DNA of 63,833 nt, filler included, from Octopus bimaculoides (Eukaryota), in assembly GCF_001194135.2 (NCBI RefSeq). It is 10 parts of 9 records of this genome, joined end to end, with 100 filler letters (N's around TTAATTAATTAA, not from the genome) between each part and the next. Parts side by side here need not be neighbours in the genome. Positions count along the whole stretch, not along the records: positions 62,213 to 63,833 come from NC_068995.1; 9 more parts are not named here. One strand, given 5' to 3'. The translations under genes were made by a program, and so were the position numbers. Under the pieces are notes generated by a model. It saw only the letters and a list, made by a program, of their open reading frames with translations, searched no databases and was not told the origin of the DNA. Position 1 is the stretch's first letter; every line of letters begins with the position of its first letter. This document shows positions 63,102-63,833 of this stretch, piece after piece.

Positions 63102-63252
63102 CGGGCTTCTTTCAGTTTCCGTCTACCAAAGGATTTCATCGGCCCGAGGCTATAGAAGAAGACATTTATCTAAGGTACCACGCAGTGGGACTGAACCCGG
63201 AACCATGTGATTGGGAAGCAAGCGTTTTACCACACAGCCACTCCTGCGCCTA
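62890..63252 (-). mobile_element. SINE family A with an expanded internal (CA)n(TA)n tract
   Basis: Shared core on both sides of a ~110-bp microsatellite. Confidence 0.85.
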
Positions 63253-63364
63253 AGACTAACATTATATAAACTAGTTAAAGACCTGAGAGAGAGAGAGGAG
63301 TCATTGTAATCGGTGAGTTGGAATTATTGCTGAAAAATGATAATGAAAAATCAACAGAACTTAC

Positions 63365-63414
63365 TAGATTTGGTTATTCCATTTCTTCACCAGCACATTC
63401 AGGAAATGCTGTAC
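63365..63414 (-). CDS. Candidate exon of an unidentified gene (VQHFLNVLVKKWNNQI+TA)
   Basis: Acceptor ttatttatcttcgatag|, consensus donor TA|GTAAGT. In phase with the exon ending at 63807. Confidence 0.55.
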
Positions 63415-63806
63415 CTATCGAAGATAAATAAGCAAAGTTTATGTCGGCGAAATTCAACTCGGAACGGACGAAACTAAAACAAACAGAGTAAAGCATTTTG
63501 TTGTACATTCTAACGACTAAAAGTAGGGAAATGAATTCTGTCTTAAGAATAAACAAGAACGAAATTCAATATTGAATTCAATGTTTAATTGTTTGAGCTT
63601 CTCAATTAATTCTGTTCCAATATTTAGAACGACTTAATGTAGTAAAAGTCTTTCATTTCATGATATTCTCCGTTGCAATTAAAAAAAAAAAATGATTGGC
63701 ATTTTGCGTTGTGGTCGACGACGGAGCGATAAAGACATTGACTTATCTACCTCTGCAATGCCTGGGACGTTTCCAGAAGAAAATATTTAGCTGCAAGTAC
63801 ACTTAC

Positions 63807-63833
63807 CTCTTCACCATTCATGGACACACAACG
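63807..63833 (-). CDS. 3' part of a candidate exon running off the window (RCVSMNGEE)
   Basis: Strong donor GAG|GTAAGT at 63806. Only one frame is open. A 392-nt intron separates it from the acceptor at 63415. Confidence 0.5.

Noticed and set aside
1-63833. CRISPR arrays, rRNA, bona fide tRNA genes, prokaryotic or viral operons
   Set aside because: None seen. The A/B-box motifs belong to SINE heads, and the DNA is intron-containing eukaryotic sequence.

Overview
AT-rich, microsatellite- and SINE-dense animal genomic DNA from a fragmented draft assembly. It has many N gaps and nine 100-bp blocks of 44 N + TTAATTAATTAA + 44 N. The repeat families look cephalopod (Octopus-like); this is recall, not verified. 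One complete spliced gene can be reconstructed by hand: magnesium-dependent phosphatase 1 (MDP1, + strand, 6 coding exons, 16213-32023, 171 aa, intact DxDxT and FFDDE HAD motifs). It faces tail-to-tail the last coding exon of a CRAL-TRIO/Sec14-domain gene (- strand, 34505-35139), whose expected upstream exons I could not find. Three more - strand exon candidates (56942-57034, 63365-63414, 63807-63833) suggest another, unidentified gene. The rest is transposon debris: three to four SINE families, two RTE-type LINE remnants, a Penelope RT remnant, a Tc1/mariner transposase remnant, and hAT, piggyBac-like and mariner MITEs. Nearly all entries in the ORF track are artefacts of microsatellites or N runs. 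I cannot claim a proven new system. The best leads are dispersed minimal hammerhead-ribozyme motifs (best at 6872-6911), a hairpin-bearing tandem triplication in MDP1 intron 2, inverted SINE pairs bracketing MDP1 exons 3-5, a ~525-bp foldback at 50572-51096, and a CpG-decay domain over the gene bodies. All alignments were done by eye, and repeat boundaries are approximate.
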